Assembly: GCA_034421575.1 (NCBI GenBank)
Contig: DAOUKG010000023.1
Span: forward strand, 40,845-104,844
From: Dehalococcoidia bacterium
GTDB lineage: Bacteria > Chloroflexota > Dehalococcoidia > Lucifugimonadales > VXLM01
Length of the DNA stretch: 64,000 nt
Reading direction: 5' to 3'
Of this stretch, positions 8,779 through 18,074 are shown piece after piece. Position 1 is the stretch's first letter, and each line of letters starts with the position of its first letter. The translations under genes were made by a program, and so were the position numbers. The notes under the pieces were generated by a model. The model was not told where the DNA came from, searched no databases, and saw only the letters and a list, made by a program, of their open reading frames with translations.

Positions 8779-9151
8779 GAGGTGAATGTCTCCCGTTGCG
8801 GTAGCCTATCACATATCGGAGGCGAATTCCGGCCGGAGTTTCGTCACAGACGCCGCCGAGACCGCGGAGTGGGATTTTGGCAACTGTTCAGAGTCAGTGA
8901 GAGCACCCGACATTCGGAGCCTCCGTCATACCGACCCTTGCATAACTCCAACTTCTGTCAATGGCACGAAAATAGGCCGCAATATTCCCACGCCGTCATT
9001 CCCGCGAAAGAAACGTCCATTGCCCACCGGCGACAGCCGCCACCACCATCAACAACGCAAGGACAACCACTACATCAAGACCAAACCCTTAATCTCATCC
9101 GGCCCTATGCTACACTTCCAACATGCCGCCAATGCTTAGAGGCAAGAACCC

Positions 9152-10111
9152 TTGAGAAAATACACGCCCATTTCCATTCTGCTTGTCTTGATCGCAGGCT
9201 CGTTCGCTTGCTCCTCCAGCCAAGACGGCCCCCAAGAGACTGACGGTACCCCTGTCCTCCGCACATTGCCGTCCCCGACCCCAACCGCCACAGCTATCCC
9301 CGGGCGAGCCCCAGGTTCCATCGCCGTATCCAACATAGCCACCCCAACACCCGTCTCAGGCGCCGTCGCCGCGTCCAACATTCCCTTTCCGACACCGACG
9401 CCCACCGCCACGCCCGACCCGTTCGTAACGCCGACGGCCACCCCCGTTCCGATTCCCTCACCAACTCCCACGGAGACTCCGGTCCCGATTCCCACGATTG
9501 CCTCATCCCCGGAGGACGAGGCGAGAACCGAAGCCTTCCTCGAAAACTTCATCAGCATCTCGTACGAGGCTTCCTTCGACATGCCCAATGAGCTCACCGA
9601 GAGCGACTATCCCGTCGCGGCCACCGTCAACGGATGGGTGACAGGGAGAGTAGACGACAACGGATCCCAGTTCTTTACGAGAATAGATATGACCAAGCCG
9701 GTCGAACGCTCCATCGAAATCGTCGGCCGCCCCTCCACCTTGGACATGTTCCTCCACGACCTCGATGCGAACAAGTGGTACTTCCTCCCTGAAAATTCCT
9801 CCGCCGTCGATTCCGGGCCGCTGGAGGACATTCTCAGCCTCTGGTTTTTCGGCATGATGTTCTCCACCTTGCCACGCGGCGAAATGCAGCAAGTCCCGGA
9901 CGGATATATCTGGAAGGTCGAAGACCCTACCTTCGGCTCAATGACAGTCACCTACGACCAGACGTACACGCTCGAAACCTACATCCATACCGCTCCCGAC
10001 GGCAGGGAATTCCTTCGCGCACGCTATTTCGACCTCAACAAGCTCCACGACCTGGTCCCCTACGAGGACGTAGAAGAGCTGCTCCCCGACACCTACTGGC
10101 AGTCGCAATAG
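9152..10111 (+). CDS. Hypothetical lipoprotein with long Pro/Thr-rich linker
   Basis: TTG start. Signal plus lipobox (LIAGSFAC), ~100 aa of PTPTATP-type low complexity, then a globular C-terminal domain I cannot place in a family. Confidence 0.6.
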   Translation: MRKYTPISILLVLIAGSFACSSSQDGPQETDGTPVLRTLPSPTPTATAIPGRAPGSIAVSNIATPTPVSGAVAASNIPFPTPTPTATPDPFVTPTATPVPIPSPTPTETPVPIPTIASSPEDEARTEAFLENFISISYEASFDMPNELTESDYPVAATVNGWVTGRVDDNGSQFFTRIDMTKPVERSIEIVGRPSTLDMFLHDLDANKWYFLPENSSAVDSGPLEDILSLWFFGMMFSTLPRGEMQQVPDGYIWKVEDPTFGSMTVTYDQTYTLETYIHTAPDGREFLRARYFDLNKLHDLVPYEDVEELLPDTYWQSQ

Positions 10112-10307
10112 CAACTATCGTATTTGTTCAGAGTTGATGAGGCCGAACGCCCCTACCCCTGTGGACTCCGGCCTTCGCCGGAGTGACGATTGCTGGTGTT
10201 ACTATCAACTCTAAATGCGATTGCCCTGGGGAAGTCGGATCAAGAAGTAACAGCCCTGCTGTGCGTGTGGTAAGGTCATCGGAGAGTCAGCCCGGAATAG
10301 TGGGAGA

Positions 10308-12059
10308 TTGTCCAATCAATTGACTGCTGGGAGCGCCGACCAACCGATCCGATTCGAGCCTGAGGAGACCTGTTCGCCGTCAACCACATTGCTGGTCGGA
10401 TTTCAGGGGGCCGCGCTCGTGCTCGCGCCGACGGTGCTGAACGTGGCCATCGCGATTCGCTCTTCCGGGCTCGATGACACCTACCTGACCTGGAGCGTCT
10501 TCGCCGCACTCCTGATCAGCGCGGCGATCACGGCGCTGCAGGCGTTCCAGCTATGGCGGTTCGGCGCAGGCCATATTGTACTCACCTGTCCCGCGGCGCT
10601 GTTCATCGGGATCATGGTGGCAACGATCTCCGCCGCCGGACCATCCACGTTCATGAGCCTTCTGGTAGTCTGCTGCGTGGTCCAGGTCGCCCTCGCGTGG
10701 TGGCTGCCAACACTCCGCCGCATCTTCACGCCGGTCGTCACCGGGACGGTGACCATGCTGATTGCAGTCAGTGTGCTGCCAATCGCCTTCGACAGCGTTC
10801 AGGACCTGCCCGACGGCGCGACGCCGGTCTCCGGTCCGGTGATCGCCGGAACAACGCTCCTGGTCTCTGTGATCGTTACCCTGGCCGCCAAGGGACGCTG
10901 GCGTATCGTAGGGCCGTTCATCAGCATCCTGGCCGGATGCGTGGCTGCCGCTTTGTTCGGCGTGATCGACGCGGACAGAATCGCCAGCGCGGGCTGGTTC
11001 GGCATCCCTGAACTGCCGGATCTGAGCTTCGATCTCACGCCCGGCAGGGAGTTCTGGGCGCTCCTGCCCTCGTTCGCGATCCTCACCCTGGTGATCGGGA
11101 TCAAGACCATCAGCGACGGCGTTGCGATCCAGCAGGGTTCCAGGAGGAGGTTGCGGGCTATCGATTTCCGCAAGATCCAGGGCATGGTGAGCGTCAACGG
11201 CATTGGCATGTTGTTCGCCGGCATCGCAGGCACGCTGCCTCCGATGTCATATTCCTCGTTCAGTCTCTCGCTGATCAACCTCACAGGCGTCGCAGCCCGC
11301 CAGGTTGGCATCGGCGTGGCGATCGTCACGGTAGGGCTGGCATTCTTCTCGAAACTTGCCGCCCTCCTGCTGACGATTCCCGGACCCGTGTTGGGCGCAT
11401 ACCTGATGTTCGCCATGGGCATGCTCTTCGTCAGCGGCTGGCAGACGATTCTGCGCGACGGGCTCGACCCCAGACGCGTGCTGGTGGTCGCGCTCGCCAG
11501 CGCGTTGGGCCTGGGACTCCATAATCACCCCATCGTCGGTGACGTCTTTGGCGATGAACTGGGCGCGCTGCTCGGCAATGGGGTCACGATCGGCGCCGTC
11601 GTTGCGATCGGAATGACGCTGCTCCTCGAGGCGATCAGCACACGCCGCTCACGCCTCGAGGTAACGCTGGACATGGACTCATTCCCCGCGATCGATCAGT
11701 TTCTTGCCCAACTGGCAACAAGCCTGGCATGGGACGAGGCCTCATCGTTGCGACTGCGGGCCGCGGGCGAAGAAACGCTCGCCAGCCTTCAGGCGCGGGA
11801 GGACGAGTCTGACGGCTCCGAGCATCCGCGCCTGATTATCAACGCAAGGCCGCAGGGGACGACGGTTGAACTGGAGTTCGTCACAACCACACGACAGGAG
11901 AACGTCGACGACCTGCTTGCGTATCTGACCGACGAAGCCTCCATGCCAACGGCAGACGATCTTTCGCTCCGGCTGTTGCGATACCACTCCTCTGCCGTGC
12001 GCCACCAGAAGTTCCACGGCGTGGATATCGTCACGGTACAGGTCGAGGGCAGCCCCTGA
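10308..12059 (+). CDS. Nucleobase/ascorbate-type (NCS2/xanthine-uracil permease-like) transporter with extra ~140-aa cytoplasmic C-terminal domain
   Basis: About 12 predicted hydrophobic helices with an overall xanthine/uracil-permease-like pattern. A soluble tail (LEVTLDMDSFPAIDQFLAQLA...RLIINARPQGTTVELEFV...) follows the last helix. The start codon (TTG at 10308) is uncertain. Confidence 0.55.
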   Translation: MSNQLTAGSADQPIRFEPEETCSPSTTLLVGFQGAALVLAPTVLNVAIAIRSSGLDDTYLTWSVFAALLISAAITALQAFQLWRFGAGHIVLTCPAALFIGIMVATISAAGPSTFMSLLVVCCVVQVALAWWLPTLRRIFTPVVTGTVTMLIAVSVLPIAFDSVQDLPDGATPVSGPVIAGTTLLVSVIVTLAAKGRWRIVGPFISILAGCVAAALFGVIDADRIASAGWFGIPELPDLSFDLTPGREFWALLPSFAILTLVIGIKTISDGVAIQQGSRRRLRAIDFRKIQGMVSVNGIGMLFAGIAGTLPPMSYSSFSLSLINLTGVAARQVGIGVAIVTVGLAFFSKLAALLLTIPGPVLGAYLMFAMGMLFVSGWQTILRDGLDPRRVLVVALASALGLGLHNHPIVGDVFGDELGALLGNGVTIGAVVAIGMTLLLEAISTRRSRLEVTLDMDSFPAIDQFLAQLATSLAWDEASSLRLRAAGEETLASLQAREDESDGSEHPRLIINARPQGTTVELEFVTTTRQENVDDLLAYLTDEASMPTADDLSLRLLRYHSSAVRHQKFHGVDIVTVQVEGSP

Positions 12060-12174
12060 AACAACCCATGGGCGGTGGACGTCGACGCTGAATTTCCGCC
12101 GCCGTTCGTGCCCAAACAGGTGACGTTATGGTAGACTGCCACAAGGCAATTTCCATACCTATGCCAGCAGTGAA

Positions 12175-15100
12175 TTGGAGGTCCAATCGGTGACTGCCTC
12201 CTTTGGAATGCCGGGTAGTTTCCAGAGCATCATGTGGATTGGCATGGTCTGGATCATTGCTGCCGCATCTCTAGCGGCGTGTGGCTGGGAACGGGACCCG
12301 CCCCAAACTGCTTTGCCGGCAGAGACCACTGCGCGATTAGCCGACAAGATTGAAACGCCGGAACCTCAGGTTACCCCGACCAGGGCTCCAAGTCCGCAGC
12401 CTGTGCCAACGGCCACTTCGACATCTACACGAGCCTCCCTGCCTGCCAGGGCTTCAATCCCGGTTCACTCGCCAACGCCAACTGCGACCAACACCCCTAC
12501 GGCTGAACCAACGGCCACTGCGGTCGTCCCGGCGACAACTCCAACTCAAACTCCCACCCCTACCGCCACACCCACCCCGAGTCCCGTGAGAGCGACGGCC
12601 ACTGCGACCAACACTCCTACGGCTGAACCAACGGCCACCGCGGTCGTCCCGGCGACAACTCCACCTCTAACTCCCACCCCTACCACCACACCCACCCCGA
12701 GTCCCGTGAGAGCGACGGCCACTGCCACGCCCACCAGCACGCCCGCTCCTTCAGTGCAGCTTGCGATTGACGCCACAGCAACCCTGGGCGGCTACTGGTC
12801 GGACGGCTCCGCAAACGTCGATATCCTCGTATCTCTGAGAAATGAAGGCAACCTTCGAGCCGAGAGGACTCAGCCCATAGCCGTCACATGTCGCCATGGC
12901 GACGAGGTTATGAGTGGCTGCGGACTGGCGACGACGGTCTCGCTCACGAATGGTTTTGGACCCACTGACACAACACTTTCGTTTCGGGTTCCGATGGGGG
13001 ACGTATCCTTCGATATATTCTACGACCGAGCGAAGTCTGAAACCCTCAACATCGAGGTCCCGGAACGCATCGTCGGCGTTAACCGTGACGTCTGGGAGTG
13101 CTTCAGCGACACTTCCAAAGTAGGCACGTTCTGGGAAGAAGACGAGGGTATTGGCTGTGCGGGATGGTCTACCGAACGTATTCAGAAGTGGGACCAGGAG
13201 TCGCCTTTGCGAGTCTCCGCCAGCGGCGGTCAGGGATTTGTCGCGGAATTCAAAGATGCACTTCAGTATGTGGCTTCCACATTAGACCTTCAATTTGAGG
13301 TGGTCGATCCCGATCAGGTCGTCGATATCAGGGCATATGTCGGTATAACGGTTCGGGAAGCCGTATCAAAAAGAGTGGCATGCTTCACAGAGGCATTTGG
13401 CTGCGCCGAATACAACATACATAACGGCGAAGTGGTCTGGAGTCGAATCGTCGTCTATAACTTGTGGCCTCAACAAGGAACGGAATTCGGCGATCTCGAT
13501 GCCAATAAGAGGAAGCAACTAAGGCACGCGATGATCCATGAGGTTATACACTCCCTCAGTGCAATGAGACATCGCACTGAAGTGCTGAGCGTAATGAACT
13601 CGGAAGCCCACGAAAGCGCGAAGTTGAATCCCATAGACGAGGCGTTGCTGCGCTTGCATTCGCACGAGCTGGTGAAGCCCGGAATGAGAATGAAAGAAAT
13701 CGAAGGGCTGCTGGTCTTTGAAGACCAGCTCTTGGACGCTCACTCGGTACATTCGCAGATAGAAGCATGGACGCTCCTGTCGAACGCGTACACCGCACTC
13801 AGGGAAGCGACTACGGCAGGTTTCAACATCCGGTCTTCATTACCCGACTGTTCCACAGAATTCCCCTGGTCCGACTATGAGGTGGGAAACCTCACCAGCG
13901 CTAGTCCGTACTTCGGATGGTCCAGAATTGGCAACGGTGAAAATCAGGCATATGGACTCCGAGCGCAATTCGATGAATCCGAATACTGGCGCAGGATGCA
14001 GACCGGATGGGAACAGGTCGATGTCGACACATTCTCGAATACCGTGCCGGGTTGGCGTGGAGACCTGTCGGATCCCCACTACATGCTCGAAACCATACTG
14101 AAGTACGCCAACTGGTCGAATTTCGAGATTTCCCACAACGCTGATAGATGGGCCACTCTTCGGATCGGGTTGGAAATGGACGGCGCGGCTAACGGTTCAG
14201 GCGCCGAGAGGGTGGATATTGCTATAGTCATCGATAAGGAGACCTATTCGATATCAGAATACAGCATGAATTGGACGCTCAACGATGAGGCCTGTGGCGC
14301 TTACGTCGTCGAAGCCCGGGACGGCCGGTACGGCATCGACTTCTCCTTCCCCGACGAGATAAGGCAAAACTCCCACTTGGTGGAGAATTGCGAACTCGAA
14401 CAGTTGGGCATTCTCGAAGGGTTTATCCGCCTGCACGGGCATTGGGCTAGAGAATGCCAGCAAGGGAGCATTGAAGATGGCTATGTCCGCTCCTACGGTT
14501 TTGAGCTCAAAGACTGGACGTTAGTACGTTTCGATTTGAATTCATCGGACGAAACGTCCTTCAAATTGCTGAATGTCGACACCACCGGACAAACGGAGGT
14601 GGAGCTGAGTTCAACCGGTTTCCTCGTGGGTGAACCGTACTGTAAAGAGGGGGAGACGTGGAGTTGGGCTCACGTTCTCCTGCCACCAGGGAAATACATC
14701 GTGGGGGCGATTACCGACAATCGCGCCATGCCAGGATCATTCGAACTTACAGTCACAGGGCAGTCGACTCCCCCACCACCCCTTCGATTCAAAGCCATTA
14801 GCGTAAATAGGCTTCAGACTTGCGGTCTCCTTACTGACGGAACCCCTTTGTGCTGGGGAAGGAGAAGTGTTGAAGGGGACGGCGCCGACACGCCACCGGG
14901 TGATTTCGTGTCGATTAGCAGAGGGGGACACGCCTGCGCACTCCGTGGGGACGGCACGCCCGTGTGTTGGGACTTTGTACAGGAAGGCAAACATACCTGC
15001 CAACCCAAAGAAGACGGCGGCATATACTGCACGCGCGATGGACAGCGTATTCCATCGGCGACGACGAGTGTCCGAGACGGAGACACTACCGTCATTCGCA

Positions 15101-15789
15101 CCATTTCAGTAATTTTTGGGTACTATGACCAGACACCTCCGGCAAACCACAGGTTCAAGGCAATCAGCGTAGGTTGGAATTTCACTTGTGCACTACACGA
15201 AGATGGCACTCCAACATGTTGGGGCGGCAACGAGCATGGGCAAGCTTCTCCTCCACCCGGCGAAAAGTTCACGGCCATCAGCAGCGGAACCGGCCATACA
15301 TGCGCCTTACGTTCAGACGGCGCTGCACTGTGCTGGGGCTATAGCCAAAACCACAGCACCGCAGCGCCAGTAGATGAGCGTTTTGTCGCCGTTAGCGCCG
15401 GACCAGAGCACTCTTGCGGATTGCGGGAAGACGGCGTGGCCGTGTGCTGGGGCGACGGTGGCAACACGATATGCACAGGTACAGGTTGCCATTCTGAGTG
15501 GAGCCCGGAGCCTATACCGGAATCGCCCCCGGAAGGTGAGCGTTTTGCATCGCTGAGTACCGACGGTCCTCACTGTGGGCTCCGAATGGACGGCACCCCG
15601 GTATGCTGGACCAAGTACGTTGATTCTGGACTTTCATCTCCGCCCCAAGGGGAACGGTTCACGTCCATCAGCGCGTCCCCTACGCACGCCTGCGGGCTGC
15701 GAGAGGAAGGTGAAGTGGTCTGCTGGGGGGAGGACTGGTTCGGCCAAGCCTCACCCCCGGACGGGAAGGCGTGGATCGAGACCCCTTGA
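12175..15789 (+). CDS. Large secreted lipoprotein: P/T-rich repeats, zincin-like HExxH region and seven RCC1-like repeats
   Basis: Lipobox AASLAAC; the likely start is the internal ATG at 12232. It has a duplicated 40-aa P/T/A segment, MIHEVIHSLSAMRH (an HExxH motif), and a C-terminus with 7 repeats of the type F.AIS.G..H.C.LR.DG.P.CWG....GQ..PP (RCC1/ATS1-like beta-propeller). Confidence 0.8.
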   Translation: MEVQSVTASFGMPGSFQSIMWIGMVWIIAAASLAACGWERDPPQTALPAETTARLADKIETPEPQVTPTRAPSPQPVPTATSTSTRASLPARASIPVHSPTPTATNTPTAEPTATAVVPATTPTQTPTPTATPTPSPVRATATATNTPTAEPTATAVVPATTPPLTPTPTTTPTPSPVRATATATPTSTPAPSVQLAIDATATLGGYWSDGSANVDILVSLRNEGNLRAERTQPIAVTCRHGDEVMSGCGLATTVSLTNGFGPTDTTLSFRVPMGDVSFDIFYDRAKSETLNIEVPERIVGVNRDVWECFSDTSKVGTFWEEDEGIGCAGWSTERIQKWDQESPLRVSASGGQGFVAEFKDALQYVASTLDLQFEVVDPDQVVDIRAYVGITVREAVSKRVACFTEAFGCAEYNIHNGEVVWSRIVVYNLWPQQGTEFGDLDANKRKQLRHAMIHEVIHSLSAMRHRTEVLSVMNSEAHESAKLNPIDEALLRLHSHELVKPGMRMKEIEGLLVFEDQLLDAHSVHSQIEAWTLLSNAYTALREATTAGFNIRSSLPDCSTEFPWSDYEVGNLTSASPYFGWSRIGNGENQAYGLRAQFDESEYWRRMQTGWEQVDVDTFSNTVPGWRGDLSDPHYMLETILKYANWSNFEISHNADRWATLRIGLEMDGAANGSGAERVDIAIVIDKETYSISEYSMNWTLNDEACGAYVVEARDGRYGIDFSFPDEIRQNSHLVENCELEQLGILEGFIRLHGHWARECQQGSIEDGYVRSYGFELKDWTLVRFDLNSSDETSFKLLNVDTTGQTEVELSSTGFLVGEPYCKEGETWSWAHVLLPPGKYIVGAITDNRAMPGSFELTVTGQSTPPPPLRFKAISVNRLQTCGLLTDGTPLCWGRRSVEGDGADTPPGDFVSISRGGHACALRGDGTPVCWDFVQEGKHTCQPKEDGGIYCTRDGQRIPSATTSVRDGDTTVIRTISVIFGYYDQTPPANHRFKAISVGWNFTCALHEDGTPTCWGGNEHGQASPPPGEKFTAISSGTGHTCALRSDGAALCWGYSQNHSTAAPVDERFVAVSAGPEHSCGLREDGVAVCWGDGGNTICTGTGCHSEWSPEPIPESPPEGERFASLSTDGPHCGLRMDGTPVCWTKYVDSGLSSPPQGERFTSISASPTHACGLREEGEVVCWGEDWFGQASPPDGKAWIETP
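12481..12720 (+). repeat. In-frame tandem duplication, 120 bp x2, inside the 1204-aa ORF
   Basis: 12481-12600 and 12601-12720 align base for base with only a handful of substitutions (actgcgaccaacacYcctacggctgaaccaacggccacYgcggtcgtcccggcgacaactcca...). Confidence 0.95.
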
Positions 15790-15826
15790 TTCAAGGTTCT
15801 CTATTCTGTCAAGTCGGGGGCGATAG

Positions 15827-16797
15827 ATGACAAATGACGGCGACCGCGAGGTTGATGTTCGATTCTCGAACGGCGACGTGACGCTAGCCGGGACTCTCGT
15901 CTTGCCTGGAACCGGCGACCCACATCCGGCGGTGGTGTTTATCCACGGCGCAGGTCGGAATACAAGGGAACATACGAGGTTCTTCGCCGACACTTTTGCG
16001 TCCCATGGAATAGCCGGACTCGTGTACGACAAGAGAGGCGTGGGGGACTCGACGGGCGAATTCCCGGACGATCTCATATCCAGCTTTGTAGACCTTGCCG
16101 ACGACGCTATAGCCGGACAATCTTTCCTGAGGGAGCGGCCGGATATCGATTCATCGCGTATTGGGTTTTTTGGGGGTTCAGCCAGGGCGGATGGCTGGCC
16201 CCACTGGCCGCCTCTCGTTCGGACGGGACCGCGTTTGTGATCTGCGTCGGGGGACCTGGCGTAGATGGCGAAAGCCAGATGCAATACGCCATTCCCAACC
16301 TGATGCGTGCCGACGGGTTCACCGAGGAGGCAATCAGCGAGACCCTGAAGGACAGGGCTTATCTCCAAGACCTCCTGCATGAGATCGCTGTTTCCGGCGA
16401 AGGATGGGAAGAACTCGATGCCCAAGTCGAAAGGATCAAGCGTACGGGGCTGCCTCTATACGTCGGGATACCGGAGGCCGAATACCAGGACATTCGAGAC
16501 GTGATCGATATCGACGCCTGGCGTCCTGAGCGTTCGGAAGCCGCAAAGCATGATCCGTATGCGGTCTTGACGAAGGTCACGTGTCCGGTACTGTCAATCT
16601 ACGGCGAATGTGACGCGAGCGTCCCGGTAGCCAAGAGCGTGGAGGTATTCGAAGCGGCGCTGGAAGAGGCAGGGAACGCGGACTATACGATCAAGGTCTT
16701 CCCGAAGGCTAATCATGGGGTTAGAGTCGGCGACGACTACGCGGAGGGATACCTTGAGTTCATGACTTCCTGGCTGGCGGAACGACTCTTCAAGTAG
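15827..16797 (+). pseudogene. Alpha/beta hydrolase (S9 peptidase/dienelactone-hydrolase-like) interrupted by a frameshift at a T6G5 run
   Basis: ORF 15827-16240 (frame 2) reads ...RIGFFGGSARADGW. Frame 1 over the same bases reads FSQGGWLAPLAASRSDGTAFVICVGGPGVDG and continues into ORF 16237-16797. The nucleophile elbow G-x-S-x-G is only restored by a 1-nt shift within gggttttttgggggttc (16163-16179). Confidence 0.8.
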
Positions 16798-16898
16798 GCC
16801 GGGTGTTGCCTGGCCCCGCCCATGCCCGCACTTGACGGCCGAACGTGGCGTCTATAAGGTCGAGGCGCTGGGCATGTCGGTCGGCTGAGGGGAGCGTG

Positions 16899-18074
16899 AT
16901 GACAGCATCCACGACACTCGACGTGAGTGAAGGCAGCATCGATGGCCGCCCATACCGCGTGGGGCTGATCGGCACCGGAATCATGGGGACGAACCATGCC
17001 ATCGGGTACATGCTCAACCCGCGGACGGAGATCGTGGCCGTTGCGGACTCCGATCCGCAGAACCTCGTACGTTTCTCGCGGCGGTTTGGAGTAACGTCCA
17101 CCTACTCGTCCTACGAGGAGATGTTCTCGTGGGAGAGTCTCGATATCGCGGCGCCGATTCTGCCCGCGCGTCCGAACCCTGATGCCGTGATCGCTGCTGC
17201 GCGGGCGGGCATCCCCGCCGTCTTTTGCGAGAAGCCGATCTGCGCCAGCCTGGAGGATGCAGACCGCATGGTCGCCGAGACATCGTCGCGGGGCGTCCAC
17301 TGGGCTGCGGCCGACGCCATGCGAAATCTCCCCGGGTTCTGGCAGGTCAAGGAGATGGTCGACTCCGGCGAACTGGGGCCGGTCAGGTCGATAAACATCT
17401 ACCTCGGTGTGGGAGACGGTCGCGGCGAGATCTGGGGCGCGAACTGCCAGGACCTGAGCGTTGCGCGGCTGTTCGCGGACGACGCCGACGTGGAGTGGGC
17501 AGTTGGATGGGTGCGTGGCAACCCGTTCGACGACGTCGACCAGGCTATGGGCGGCTGCATCCGGTTCGAGAACGGCGTCGAGTGCTTCATCAACATGCGG
17601 GCGGAGTCGAGGCGGGGCATCGAGATCGTGACCGAGAAGGGCGTGATGTTCAGCGACTTCAACAAGTTTCGTGTGTGGAAGCTCGGGGACATGAAGGGCG
17701 AGACGGCACAACTCGATGACCTTGTGGAAAACCCTGACGCGATTCCCGAGGCCGGGCTGAACGAGACTCTGTACGATGAGCGGGGCTGGCGATACCCCGG
17801 AAACCGCATGAAGGCCAGCATACAGGCCATTGTCGACTGCCTGGAGCTCGGCGTGCCGCCCAAATGCAGCGGGGAGAATATGGCGAAGGTGCTCGAAATC
17901 ATAATCGCGCTCCGAGAGTCCCACCGGCGATGCCATGCTCCCGTGCAGCTCCCTATCGAAGACCGCAGTCTCCGCGTCGAGCCTCTGCCGTACCGCTGGA
18001 TCAACCGCAAGGAGGTCTTCGGCGTGGAGAGGTACGAAGAGCTTATGAGTGGACATATCAAGGAGGACGGATGA
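16899..18074 (+). CDS. Gfo/Idh/MocA family oxidoreductase (copy 1)
   Basis: YRVGLIGTGIMGTNHA Rossmann N-terminus and EKP motif (FCEKPICAS). The ATG at 16899 follows GAGGGGAG. Paralogous to 33169, 46394 and 52106. Confidence 0.85.
   Translation: MTASTTLDVSEGSIDGRPYRVGLIGTGIMGTNHAIGYMLNPRTEIVAVADSDPQNLVRFSRRFGVTSTYSSYEEMFSWESLDIAAPILPARPNPDAVIAAARAGIPAVFCEKPICASLEDADRMVAETSSRGVHWAAADAMRNLPGFWQVKEMVDSGELGPVRSINIYLGVGDGRGEIWGANCQDLSVARLFADDADVEWAVGWVRGNPFDDVDQAMGGCIRFENGVECFINMRAESRRGIEIVTEKGVMFSDFNKFRVWKLGDMKGETAQLDDLVENPDAIPEAGLNETLYDERGWRYPGNRMKASIQAIVDCLELGVPPKCSGENMAKVLEIIIALRESHRRCHAPVQLPIEDRSLRVEPLPYRWINRKEVFGVERYEELMSGHIKEDG

Noticed and set aside
10112-10307. Purine riboswitch upstream of the nucleobase-type permease.
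   Set aside because: The leader consists of a small inverted-repeat-bounded REP-like element (agagttgat ... atcaactct). It lacks the conserved purine-riboswitch junction sequences I remember.
12481-12720. The 120-bp duplicated segment as a template/variable-repeat pair of a diversity-generating retroelement.
   Set aside because: There is no reverse transcriptase or accessory gene anywhere in the window. The two copies are adjacent and in frame within one ORF, and the differences are not adenine-specific as far as I can see.
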